A stretch of 64,000 nucleotides of DNA, from positions 43,338,001 to 43,402,000 of the forward strand of contig OX597824.1 of assembly GCA_951406725.2 (NCBI GenBank). Reading direction: 5' to 3'. This document shows, piece after piece, positions 53,745 through 64,000 of this stretch. The notes beneath the pieces are model-generated. The model was not told where the DNA came from. It did no database searches and worked only from the letters and a program-made list of their open reading frames with translations. Made by a program: the position numbers and the translations under genes. Origin of the DNA: Octopus vulgaris. Lineage: Eukaryota. Positions within the stretch are counted from its first letter, which is position 1. Each line of letters starts with the position of its first letter.

Positions 53745-53853
53745 TTTATATATATTTATATATATATATATATATATATATAGTCAAAATGCGATAAAAT
53801 AAATTATTATCGCCGGTAGTACTCACTTCTTCTTCTGGAAGCCTTTTAATGTA

Positions 53854-53946
<93 letters not shown>

Positions 53947-54004
53947 GTATATATATATAAGTATATATTGAGTTATATAATATACATAAAGTTTTATATA
54001 TATA

Positions 54005-54077
<73 letters not shown>

Positions 54078-54238
54078 CTAAATATATATATATATATAAA
54101 TATATATATACATTACTAGGCCTACTGGCAGACTTGATTCTTTACTTATGGCATATGTTTTATATCTATTTATCTCTATGTCAATCTAACTGTCTATGTA
54201 TCTATATGCATATACATATACATACGTATACATACATA

Positions 54239-54320
<82 letters not shown>
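53745..54320. repeat. Long interrupted (TA)n tracts
   Basis: Directly visible. Confidence 0.95.
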
Positions 54321-54329
<9 letters not shown>

Positions 54330-54344
54330 TCTTTTATATTCTTT

Positions 54345-54760
54345 CATATTTCACTTGTTTCAGTCATTGGACTGTGGCCATGCTGGAGCACCGCCTTTAA
54401 GGTTTTAGTCGAAGAAATCGACCCCAAGACTCATTCTTTGTAGACCTAGTACTTATTCTTTTTGTATCTTTTTCCAAACCGCTAAGTTACGGGGACGTAA
54501 AGGCACCAGCGTCGGTTTTCAAGTGATAGCGTGGCGGGGCGGGGGGGCGGGGCAAACACAGACTCACACACAAATACACACATATAAATATATATGATGG
54601 GCTTCTTTCAGTTTCCATTTACCAAACCTACTCACAAGATTTTTATCGGGTCGTGTCTATAGTAGAAGAAATTTGCCGAAGGGGTCATGCAGTGGAACGA
54701 AACCCGGAACCATGAGGTTGGGAAGCAAGCTTCTTACCACACAGCTACGCCCACGCCTAT
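54345..54760 (-). mobile_element. SINE family C
   Basis: Minus head ggcgtagctgtgtggtaagaagcttgcttcccaacc..ggttccgggtttcg; homologous to 15378-15600. Confidence 0.85.
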
Positions 54761-54806
54761 AAATTCCATAATTGCGTGTGTGCGCGAGTGTGTGTATGTG
54801 TGTGTG

Positions 54807-54807
<1 letters not shown>

Positions 54808-54873
<66 letters not shown>

Positions 54874-54985
54874 GTAGGTAGGTAGGTAAGTAGGTAGATA
54901 AGAGGTTAGGTAGGTAAGTAGTTAGGTAGGTAAGTAATTAGGTAGGTAGGTAGGTAGGTAGGTAGGTTGATAGATAGATAGATAA

Positions 54986-55077
<92 letters not shown>
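54808..55077. repeat. (GATA)n/(GGTA)n microsatellite
   Basis: Directly visible. Confidence 0.97.
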
Positions 55078-55078
<1 letters not shown>

Positions 55079-56337
55079 AGTGACCAACGTAGAGAAAGAG
55101 GAATAAATGAAACTAACGAAGAAAGGGAAAATGAAATGGCCAGGTTGGAAAACAACAAAAAGAAAACGTAAAGTGATAAAGTGACTAATTAAAAAGTGAT
55201 ATATTGATGTAGAGATGTCAAAGAAAATGTTGCTCACCTACAATTATAACTTAACCTCCTCCAAGAAGGGAGTAATAACAATAGAAAGAGATAAAACAAA
55301 GGTATGAATGATAACAACAGCAGTTATGAAAACAGCATTACCAACAGGCTCAGCAGCAGCTGTCACTACAGTGATGATGACAACAATAACTACTACTACT
55401 ACTAGCAACAAATTCGGGCAGCGTTTATTGCATCAATCTAAGTTCACGGGTACCTAGAGCAGTAAAAGTTAATATGGTATTAAGCTCACTTAAATCTTTA
55501 ATAGTCCATAGCATTTTAAAACTGAAGTTATGCCGTTTGATTAACAATGCAAAATATACTTTACTTTATTACAACAACTATTTTCTGTTGATCGTTAACT
55601 ATTCATGATGAACGCGGCAATGTAGAGTAAAAAAGTAGGAGACAGCTTGTGAACAAAATGCACTTGCAGCTATTTACTTTTATCCTTCTAATTTCTGTGT
55701 TCAAATTTTATTGAAGATTGATTTAAGCTTTTCATCATTCTTAGATCTCAATTTGCGAAATGTAGCAGCTAAATTTCCTTGAAATCACAGTTTGACGATT
55801 TTAATAAAAAGATAGTATTGACATGGCTGGAGCGCTTTCATCATATTTTGCTGTATCGGGGTCTAAATAGCAACAGCAATGTGCAGTAAGGATGGACTTT
55901 ATGCTGTGATAAAGTTGGTCGAAATAACTAAATGCTTGAATGAATAAAAATGGTTGACTATAATTAAACTTGCCTTGTTTTTAGTTTTCAATTATCTTTT
56001 GCGTTGTGTAGAACACTCACGAATCGCTTTCCCATTATTTTCTTTTCAGATACACATCATTCCAGAAACCAGTCCCGAATTATGAGCATCCCACTTCAAC
56101 GTTTGACCATCTAAAATTTCAAGTTGAATATTAAACATATTAACCGTAACGGTATCAATTAATTAATTTCATGCAAGGAAGGCCTGTGACGGCTAAGGAC
56201 ATTGATCTCTAATTCTCACGCTAAAATATATAACTCGTGGAAGTCGGTTGTTGAAATCGCTTTGAGATGAATTCTTTTAGATAACAACAACCGGCTGATA
56301 TCATGAAACAGGGAATATAACAGTATCCTGAGCGTAA

Positions 56338-56684
56338 CTGCGATGTACTAATTTTTGCTTCAAATTTTGGCACAAGGCCAGCAATTTCAGGACAGTGGGT
56401 AAATCGATTACATCAACCCTAGTGCTCGACTGATACTTATTTTATCGACCCGAAATGATGAAGGGCAAAGTCAACCTCGGCGGAATTTGAACTCAGAACG
56501 TAAAGACGGACGAAATGCCGCTAAGCAATTAGCCAGGCGTGTTAACGATTCTGCCAACTTGCCGCCTTAAAGAGCCGACGGGCGAGATTGCGTCAGTGGC
56601 TGCAAGTTGTGCATCGAGAATTCGACGCTAACACGAAGTAACCACATGACAAAGTTCGCACTCTGCCTGCGATGCACTAATTTT
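56338..56684 (-). mobile_element. SINE family A (56358-56566) plus ~100-bp 5' extension, flanked by an 18-bp direct repeat
   Basis: ctgcgatgtactaatttt (56338-56355) and ctgcgatgcactaatttt (56667-56684). Confidence 0.8.
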
Positions 56685-57599
56685 GATAACATTAATAGGT
56701 AGGAAACATTATCCGGAAAAATAATAAGTGGCTTCCGCGGCATTTAAAAAGCAAAATTGTTTGGGATCCAAACGCTAGCGTTATTGGACTAGCCCTGAAC
56801 TACTTTTGTTGGTGTTCGTTACGCCGCTGTTGAGAGTGGTGGATTGAAAGAGTCCTCAATGTCGGAAATAATGCTTCGCAGTATTTGATCTGGCTCTTTA
56901 GGTCGGAGTGCAAATCCAACCCGTCGTCTCTCCAGGCCCGATAAAATAAAGTATCAGTCTAGTACTGTGGTTGATGCAATTGACTAATGCTCTCCGCTCG
57001 ACATTTCTGGCCTCGTACCTAAATTAGAAACAATTATTGTCAGGAAATTTAATCAACCCCACCCACAAATTTCCAGGCTTTGTGTCCATACTTGAATCAA
57101 TTATTTTCATGCAACGTAACTGTCTTTAGTTAGTTATTGCGAAAATTGGTCTAAGGTACATTATTGCAGCTAAAGAGAAAGAGTCGAGACTGTACTCTGG
57201 TCGCGATTCTCGACTGTAAAGTCTGCCAGTATGGCCTCAGCCTCTAGTAAAGGACAAGTGATAACCTAAGTTAAACAACCCCAAAATTGAAAGAAATACT
57301 TGTAAGGATTTGAACTTAGGGCTACATTTTCTATAGCAAAAATAGGATGAAAAAATAAATCTTTGTAAAAGATAGTTGCTGCTGATAATGTTAAAAATTA
57401 TGTTTTTATTGATGTTGTCGGTGCTTTAGCCCTAGGTCAGCTTTGATTGAACAGACTGATAATAGAGTTTATCATAAACAGTGTTCAGGTGCACTACTGC
57501 TCGTCGAAGAAGAACAAAGGAACAAGTCAGACAGAAAGCAGGAAGTAAAGAAAGACAGCAATGATAGTCAAAAGTCCGTGCATAGTACAACGGATAAAA

Positions 57600-57910
57600 G
57601 ACAAAATGACAGAAAAGTGAAAAGATTCATAGGGTGGGGAGGAGCACAGGAACAGGAGTAGCATTTCTGGAAATATGGAATGGTTGAAGGATGCAGTGTC
57701 TTAACAACAGACGCAGGTAGTTTATTCCACATTTCAATAATTCTGAGAGGGAAAAACATTTTCTGAAAGACATGAATGTTGCACATTTAAAAAATTTTTT
57801 TACCGTCATATGATAGAAACAGGGACTTCGAAAAAGTGTCCAAAGTTGTTATTAGAAAGATGGTTGATAATCTTGTGATGAAATTACCTTAGTCGTTCGT
57901 GTTAACCTTT
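57600..57910 (-). mobile_element. CR1/L2-type LINE 3' end
   Basis: FFPLRIIEMWNKLPASVV matches the FFS.RV...WN.LP..VV C-terminal motif. Confidence 0.78.
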
Positions 57911-58271
57911 CTTTTCTAAGTAGCACCATTTCTTTCAAACACTACAGTACTATCCGAGAAATATTTGGCTTCGATTTCTAGCATTTCCAGGGACCATATA
58001 GAGACTGGTTGGCTCGTAGAAATATTGATTGTTGTTTTTGTTTATCCACAGGACAATTAACTAATAATAACTAATATGTATGGAAAATGGATATCTCCAG
58101 GCTAACTTTGACCATCGAGCAGACCAGACTTGCGACCAACATGTTCCACATATGCAATCTTCATTTTTCAAATATTGAGTAGATCTATCGATATGATACA
58201 ATACATTCTTCTCTTTCTGATTTTTTAAGGCGTGAAATGAAGGAGACTTGGCAATATTTCTTGCAGGTATA

Positions 58272-58490
58272 AGGTGGCGAGCCGGCAGAATTGTTAGCAT
58301 GCCGAATGAAATGCTTGACGACATTTCGTCCGTCTTCACGTTCTCACTTCAAATTCCTCCAAGGGTGACTTTGCCTTTCCTCCATTCGGGGTTGATAAAA
58401 TAAGTACCAGCTGAGCACTGGGATCGATATAATCGACTTACGCCCTCACGCGAAATTGATGGCCTTATGCCAAAATTCGAAGACAATATT
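58272..58490 (+). mobile_element. SINE family A
   Basis: ggtggcgagccggcagaattgttagcatgccg...ttcaaattcc...ataaaataagtaccag. Confidence 0.88.
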
Positions 58491-59075
58491 CTTTGCTGGC
58501 CGAAGTATTACATAGAGGCTCTTTCTTTCTGGTTAGATATTTGGTACTGCTCCTATGAGCGATCTATTTATTTAATTTTTCCCACCTAGTCCCAAATGTG
58601 TGTGTGTGTGTGTGTGTATTATCCTTTATCTTTTACCTGTTACACTCATGTCAGGAGTCTATCTCTCTTCTCAATTTTAATGTGTTGCATCACTAAGACT
58701 CCTAAATAAAGATTTCCTCCAGTCTTTTTTTCCCTCTTCGAATCGCAGTTCTTTGTGTGTGTGTATGTGGACAACAAACGTAAAAATGTTCGACATGGAC
58801 ATCAATCGTATTAATATCTCTCACTTCTCCAGGAAGATCGGATTTGCAATGGTCATGTGCATCCCGCCCTTTAAATAGTTACTCGTTCTTTCTATAGAAA
58901 TATACTTCGATAGTTGTAGATTCTATTTTTTGTGGATTCTAATTTTGCTTTTGTTTTTTAATTGTAATTGTTATGTAGTTGAAAAGTTAACGCTCACAAT
59001 CATACTACATAGCATTTGAATTATTATTATTTTTTTACAATCTAGCCGTCCATCCACACGGAATTGCGCCTGTCT

Positions 59076-59167
59076 ATAAGCCAAAACTCTGAAGAGACTT
59101 ATGTAAGTGGATATGTATTGTTTATAACTCAAATGATGTATATAAGTCGAAACAAATAGTTGGCTAT
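59076..59167 (+). ncRNA. Degenerate type I hammerhead motif
   Basis: agcc-aa-aact CTGAAGA gacttatgta...tatataagtc GAAA c aaat agtt-ggct. Stems I and II are good; the stem III/NUH site is broken. Confidence 0.55.
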
Positions 59168-59220
59168 TTTGGTTTTTTAATGATTCTTTATGTTATCTTA
59201 TGTTATATTCATAGTATATT

Positions 59221-59483
59221 ATAGAGTGGTTGTATAATGTCAACTTAACGTGACAGTCCTGTAAGGGAATTACACCACCGCTGTTTAGCCCTAGGAAGCA
59301 TCGACGCTTCCTGTCGGCCTTGACACATTTCCTGTGTCCTTATATGTCCTTCGTAAATATATAAGGACACAGGAAATGTGTCAAGGCCGACAGGAAGCGT
59401 CGATGCTTCCTAGGGCTAAACAGCGGTGGTGTAATTCCCTTACAGGACTGTCACGTTAAGTTGACAGTATACAACCACTCTAT
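59221..59483. repeat. 263-bp hairpin: 125-bp arms, 13-nt loop, one mismatch
   Basis: 59221-59345 is the reverse complement of 59359-59483. Confidence 0.97.
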
Positions 59484-59664
59484 CGCTCCACCACCGTACA
59501 TATCTCTATGAGATATTTAGAAATTTAATATTTCTGATAGTATATTATGTTATATAATAAATAAATTTAACCTGTATTTAATTTATTATTTGTAATTTTA
59601 TATATGTATATATGTATATATGTAAATATATATGTATATATGTATATATATGTATAGGCATATG

Positions 59665-59725
<61 letters not shown>

Positions 59726-59749
59726 TTATGTATATATATGTATAAATGT

Positions 59750-60225
59750 ATCTTGGGACATTTCGATGTTGTTGTAATAATAATAATGATAATAATAATA
59801 ATAATAGTAATAACAACAACAACAATAACGAAAAATACCTTAGGAATGAGAACCCAGGTTTGAAATTTCCCCAAGATTCCTGACGAAGGCTGGGGAGGTA
59901 TATCAGCCGAAACGTTGGCCGTCCAAGAATTTGGGCCTGGAGATCTCCATTTCCAGCGACTTCGAGGGCCACCTCCCAGTGGTGTCGGGCGTCAACGAGG
60001 AGCCCTCGACTACAACAAGACGACGGAAGGTTTTTTTCCAAGGTCTGGGGTCTCCCTCCCCTAAGCCCTAGACCATCACCTAATCACCCCTACCCGTCTT
60101 GTTGCTTAACAACAACAACAGTCGAAATGTTGTGTTAACAACAAACAAGATAAGGACAAATATCCGCCAAGTGTAAATTATGTAAATAATGTACATAATT
60201 CCTCATCTCTTAAATATTGAACTGT
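59750..60225 (+). mobile_element. Penelope-like terminal repeat carrying a hammerhead core, interrupted by a 201-bp insertion (59918-60118)
   Basis: CTGACGA-aggctg..cagcc-GAAAC-GTT. Duplicated cagccgaaacgttg and cagtcgaaatgttg flank an insert ending in (aac)n. Confidence 0.7.
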
Positions 60226-60239
60226 AATATGTATATATC

Positions 60240-61300
60240 TATTAAAAATGGGGAAGGCCGGTTTATGGAATTCCCGTCCATAAAATGTTTAGCTTTATAG
60301 TGTATCGTCAGATTCCAAGAACCTGCTGGCTCAAGACCTTTTTAAAATATGGAGGGGGAAATGCCTCACTACTACTCAAAGGTAACAATTGGGGATTATC
60401 TTCTTTTGCCAATGGCTATCAACTTCCGGCTGTGCCACCATCTTGCGGGCTCGAGAAGGCTAGCAGGAACCTCCTGAAATGTAAATATCGGCCGAAAATC
60501 TCCGTTCTGGAGTTAAGGATGTTCACTTGTTCGGAGTCTTTGAGGATTCTTGCGCGTTCAGCAATGCGTAACATGCAATGCTTCGACTTCTGATGTAGGG
60601 GCCTGGAGTCTCAAGGATTTTCCATGAGATCGAATATGGAATCCAATCGTGAATTAGTTGCCAGACGTGGCTGGCCAGGGATGTTACGTATATCCTTTCC
60701 GGAACTCTGAAGGAGGACTTGTGATTGGAGAGACATTGCTTGAAAGAGTTCCCAGAACTTCCAATGTATCTCCGTGGACGCATGTTGTCGGTGCTGTACC
60801 TGCTGGTGCTCTTGTTGCTGTTGCTGTTGCTGCCGACATTGTTGTTGAAGCTGGAACTGCTGGTGTTGTCGTCGCTGGAGTTGGTGGTGGCGTTGGTAAT
60901 GGTATTGGCATTGCCGGTTATGGTGAAGGCACTGCTGTTGTTATTGTGGTCCACTTCATTGGTGGGAGAGTTGCTATTGCTGCTAGAGGTGTCATTAGCT
61001 GTGGTTCCACTGATGTTTCTGCTAGGGCGACTATCACTGCTGCTGCTGTTATTGCTGTTATAGCTGGTGGTGGCACTGGACCTGTTGCTGCTGCTATAGG
61101 GGTTGTCAGGTCTGCTACATACATTTATTTATTTATTTATTTATACAGAACGGTCTATTTTCTCCTTGCAGCCCTATGCTACCCTCAGTAAGTCATATCT
61201 ATATATTGCTGGCGGGAAGATGAGTCGCTGTTTTCTCTAGCGGTCGAAGTCAAATGGTTGGTGGTCTCGGCGATGGAGATAGCTGGGATTCATCTCATCG
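60240..61300 (-). mobile_element. Penelope-like element GIY-YIG remnant
   Basis: RRYIGSSGNSFKQCLSNHKSSFR...TSLASHVWQL...YSISWKILETPGPY and LNSRTEIFGRYLHFRRFLL, with a low-complexity linker upstream. Confidence 0.88.
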
Positions 61301-62103
61301 CTAGCGATATAAACAAGAGTATATTTTGTACCAAAAATCTAATATGAGAGTTCCTCTCGTAGTAACTACCGCAGTATAGTTCGTTCTAATAGAACACACA
61401 CTTTAAGTGAGGATAAATATTACGGTATAACCGCACCCCACCCAATATGTGTGGCCCTGTGACTAGAAATTACTAATTCAGGCTCGATTCCAACTAGTTT
61501 TCTGTACTTCTAAGGCGCGGGCACATGTACGCATGGATGTTCTTTCCAGAAAAGCGATCTCCGTGTGAGTGCCTTTGGCCACATAACTTTGACCAGTCCA
61601 GTTTGATAGTATACAATTATACTATATGTAACTTATTTTTAATACATATAACCTACACCTACACACACTAATATATATATATATATATCTATATATAAAA
61701 CTGAAATGCGTTTTTACCGCTTGGTTCGCTTTCAATGCCACTACATCCCGTCCGATTCGCTCCAAAATTTACAGGGACATGTAGAATGAGGTGACGATGC
61801 GCGTGGGCTACCTTACAAATCCCTATCTTAAAAGGTGTGGTTGATAGGGGCCATCTTCCTACCTCACCCTATTTCCTCCAGTACTCTGTCACTCCTCTTC
61901 ATTTGACAATGCAACTACCGTTATTTAATGTAAAGTCTTCCTCAAATCACTCTGTCGCTCTTTACTCTCTTCCAAGAACATTTTCACTCACTCTTATTTC
62001 TTACCTTCCTATACATTTTACTCATGTATCTCTCAGCGTTCATGGACAGTAACAAATATTACTCGCCATCCCCATCGCCATCGCATTCTATTGTCTACCT
62101 GTC

Positions 62104-62140
<37 letters not shown>

Positions 62141-62245
62141 TCATATATCTAATATTATATTTTTATTTTTATGTTTTTGTTTTTGGTTTTTTACTGTTTC
62201 ATTTCCCTATTAGTGGTTTTATCTCTAATTTAATTTCTACAGCGT

Positions 62246-62306
<61 letters not shown>

Positions 62307-62554
62307 TATGTAGCCCCAGTACACCCGAATGAAATCGGGTTCTCTTCATCAAAATGTGAAAAGGGGTCTACAATTATCATCGCCACAACTTATGTATGTC
62401 TTCCTCACTCACTCACTCTTTTTCCTAATGATAATTATCATCGCCACCACCAACACCACCAACACACAATCTGGACAATCTTTCTCTTATAACAAATCAT
62501 GTTTACATTGCAACGACGTCTGCCACCTCCGCCGTCTCTATTTATTCTGCAAAT

Positions 62555-62748
62555 GACCAGAACTCGGGAAACTTAGTTTAGTGTTCTATGGTCTATGACC
62601 AGAACTCGGGAAACTTGGTTGAGTGTTCTATGGTCTATGACCAGAACTCGGGAAACTTGCTTGACTGTTCTATGGTCTATGACCAGAAATCGGGAAACTT
62701 GGTTGAGTGTTCTATGGTCTATGACCAGAACTTGGGAAACTTGGTTGT
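62555..62748. repeat. 42-bp minisatellite, ~4.6 copies
   Basis: gaccagaactcgggaaacttggttgagtgttctatggtctat repeated without spacers. Confidence 0.96.
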
Positions 62749-63440
62749 GTCCTCATCTTATAAAATGTGGCCCCAGTAGACCCAAATTAAATCGGGTTAT
62801 ATTAACCAAAAGGTGAAAAGGGGTATAAATGGGGCTGGAAGGGGATTAAAATTTAAAGGAGCGGGTGTTTAGCAATTCTCTGTTACATCAAGCTAAAAAA
62901 TTTGCTCCAGCCTTTTAATCGTCAATGTGTTGCCGTCCATGATGAAGAAGTTTTGAATGCTCGCCATCGTGAGTCTACTGTCGTGAGAAAGAATCAAGTC
63001 AAAACTTGGTTTTTAGGGATTTTCTTTTACATCAAGCTCAAACTTTTACGCCAGCCGTTGAACTGTCAATACGTTGCTGTCCGTCGTTAAGAAATGCCAG
63101 CCATGGTGACTCTACTATCCTCAAATTCTATCCCTTCAAACTTTGGTTTCCAATATTTTATTATTTTTATTCAGCTCGCAAGTTCGTCTGTCCCTTTTAA
63201 ATGTTAGTGTTTTGCTGTCTGTCTTGAAGCAGACCTTTCCTTTGTAACTGCCTGATATTTATGATTGATCTTTCTAAATATTTTATTTCTCAACTTACTC
63301 AAGATCTTTTGTTGTTTATAAATGGGAGAGAGATACATAAAGATAGAGAGTAAGAGAAAGCGAGGGAGAGTCCGAGAGAAAGGAAGAGTAAGAGCGTGGG
63401 AAAGTGAGAGAGAAAGGAGAAAGAAACAAAGAGGGAGAAT

Positions 63441-63760
63441 CATCATCATCATCATCATCATCATCGTTTAACGTCCGTTTTCCGTGCTAGCACGGGTTGG
63501 ACAGTTTGACAGGGGTCTGGGAAGCCAGGAGGCTGCACCAGGCTCCAGTCTGATCTGGCAGTGTTTCGACAGGTGGATGCCCTTCCTAACGCCAACCACT
63601 CTGTGAGTGTAGTGGGTGCTTTTTTCGTGCCGCCGGCACAGGTGCCAGGGGGGGCTGGCAGCGGCAACGATCGGTTGGTGCTTTTTACGTGTCACTGTCA
63701 CAGAAGCCAGTCAAGGCGGCGCTGCAATCGGCCACGTTCGGATGGTGCTTTTTACGTGCT
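63441..63760 (-). mobile_element. RTE-tail-type SINE or LINE 3' end with (GAT)n tail, nested in the Helitron
   Basis: (cat)n followed by gtttaacgtccgttttcc...ggatgcccttcctaacgccaacc. Confidence 0.6.
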
Positions 63761-63826
63761 GAAAGGAAGCAAAAGAAAGTAACAACCACACATTTACCCG
63801 CGCGTAGAGCGGGTCACCTTCAGCTA

Positions 63827-63881
<55 letters not shown>

Positions 63882-64000
63882 CATACATACATACATACAT
63901 ACATACATACATACATACATACATACATACATACAAATATGTGTGTATGTGTGTTTGTATGCTTGCGATTTTGCGTATTTCTCTGCGTGTGTTCTTTTGT

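Larger units (their letters stand above)
61688..63827 (+). mobile_element. Non-autonomous Helitron with both termini, inserted in (TA)n
   Basis: 5' A|TCtatatataaaa. 3' hairpin acccgc-gcgtaga-gcgggt (63796-63814), then CTAG|T (63824-63827). Confidence 0.8.

Noticed and set aside
60658-61191. 177-aa Ala/Val/Gly-rich membrane-like ORF
   Set aside because: It is the antisense frame of the Penelope low-complexity linker and GIY-YIG region.
62555-62748. CRISPR-like regular repeat
   Set aside because: The 42-bp units are contiguous with no unique spacers, no cas genes are present, and the context is eukaryotic.

Overview
AT-rich eukaryotic, repeat-saturated non-coding DNA. The SINE families and microsatellite load suggest a cephalopod, probably Octopus (inference from recall, not a search). 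I can support no intact host gene. The supplied ORFs are microsatellite read-throughs or transposon fragments. Recognisable decayed elements are L1/Tx1-like LINEs (three loci plus nested fragments), R4/Dong-like LINEs (four loci), RTE and CR1 remnants, two Penelope-like GIY-YIG remnants, a DD41D and a DD37D Tc1/mariner, one end-intact non-autonomous Helitron and many tRNA-derived SINEs. The most interesting signals: (i) a split match to the U6 snRNA core (ACAGAGA/helix region plus ISL, separated by a hairpin) at the end of an unclassified element near 15.3 kb; (ii) one complete and three degenerate type I hammerhead ribozyme motifs, two of them beside DNA palindromes; (iii) a 201-bp retro-insertion with a 14-bp TSD inside one hammerhead; (iv) a 139-bp near-perfect inverted copy placed about 5.4 kb away; (v) a twin-priming-like inversion in an RTE; (vi) a SINE with about 100 bp of extra 5' sequence inside an 18-bp TSD. 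Boundaries of decayed elements are approximate and were read by eye.
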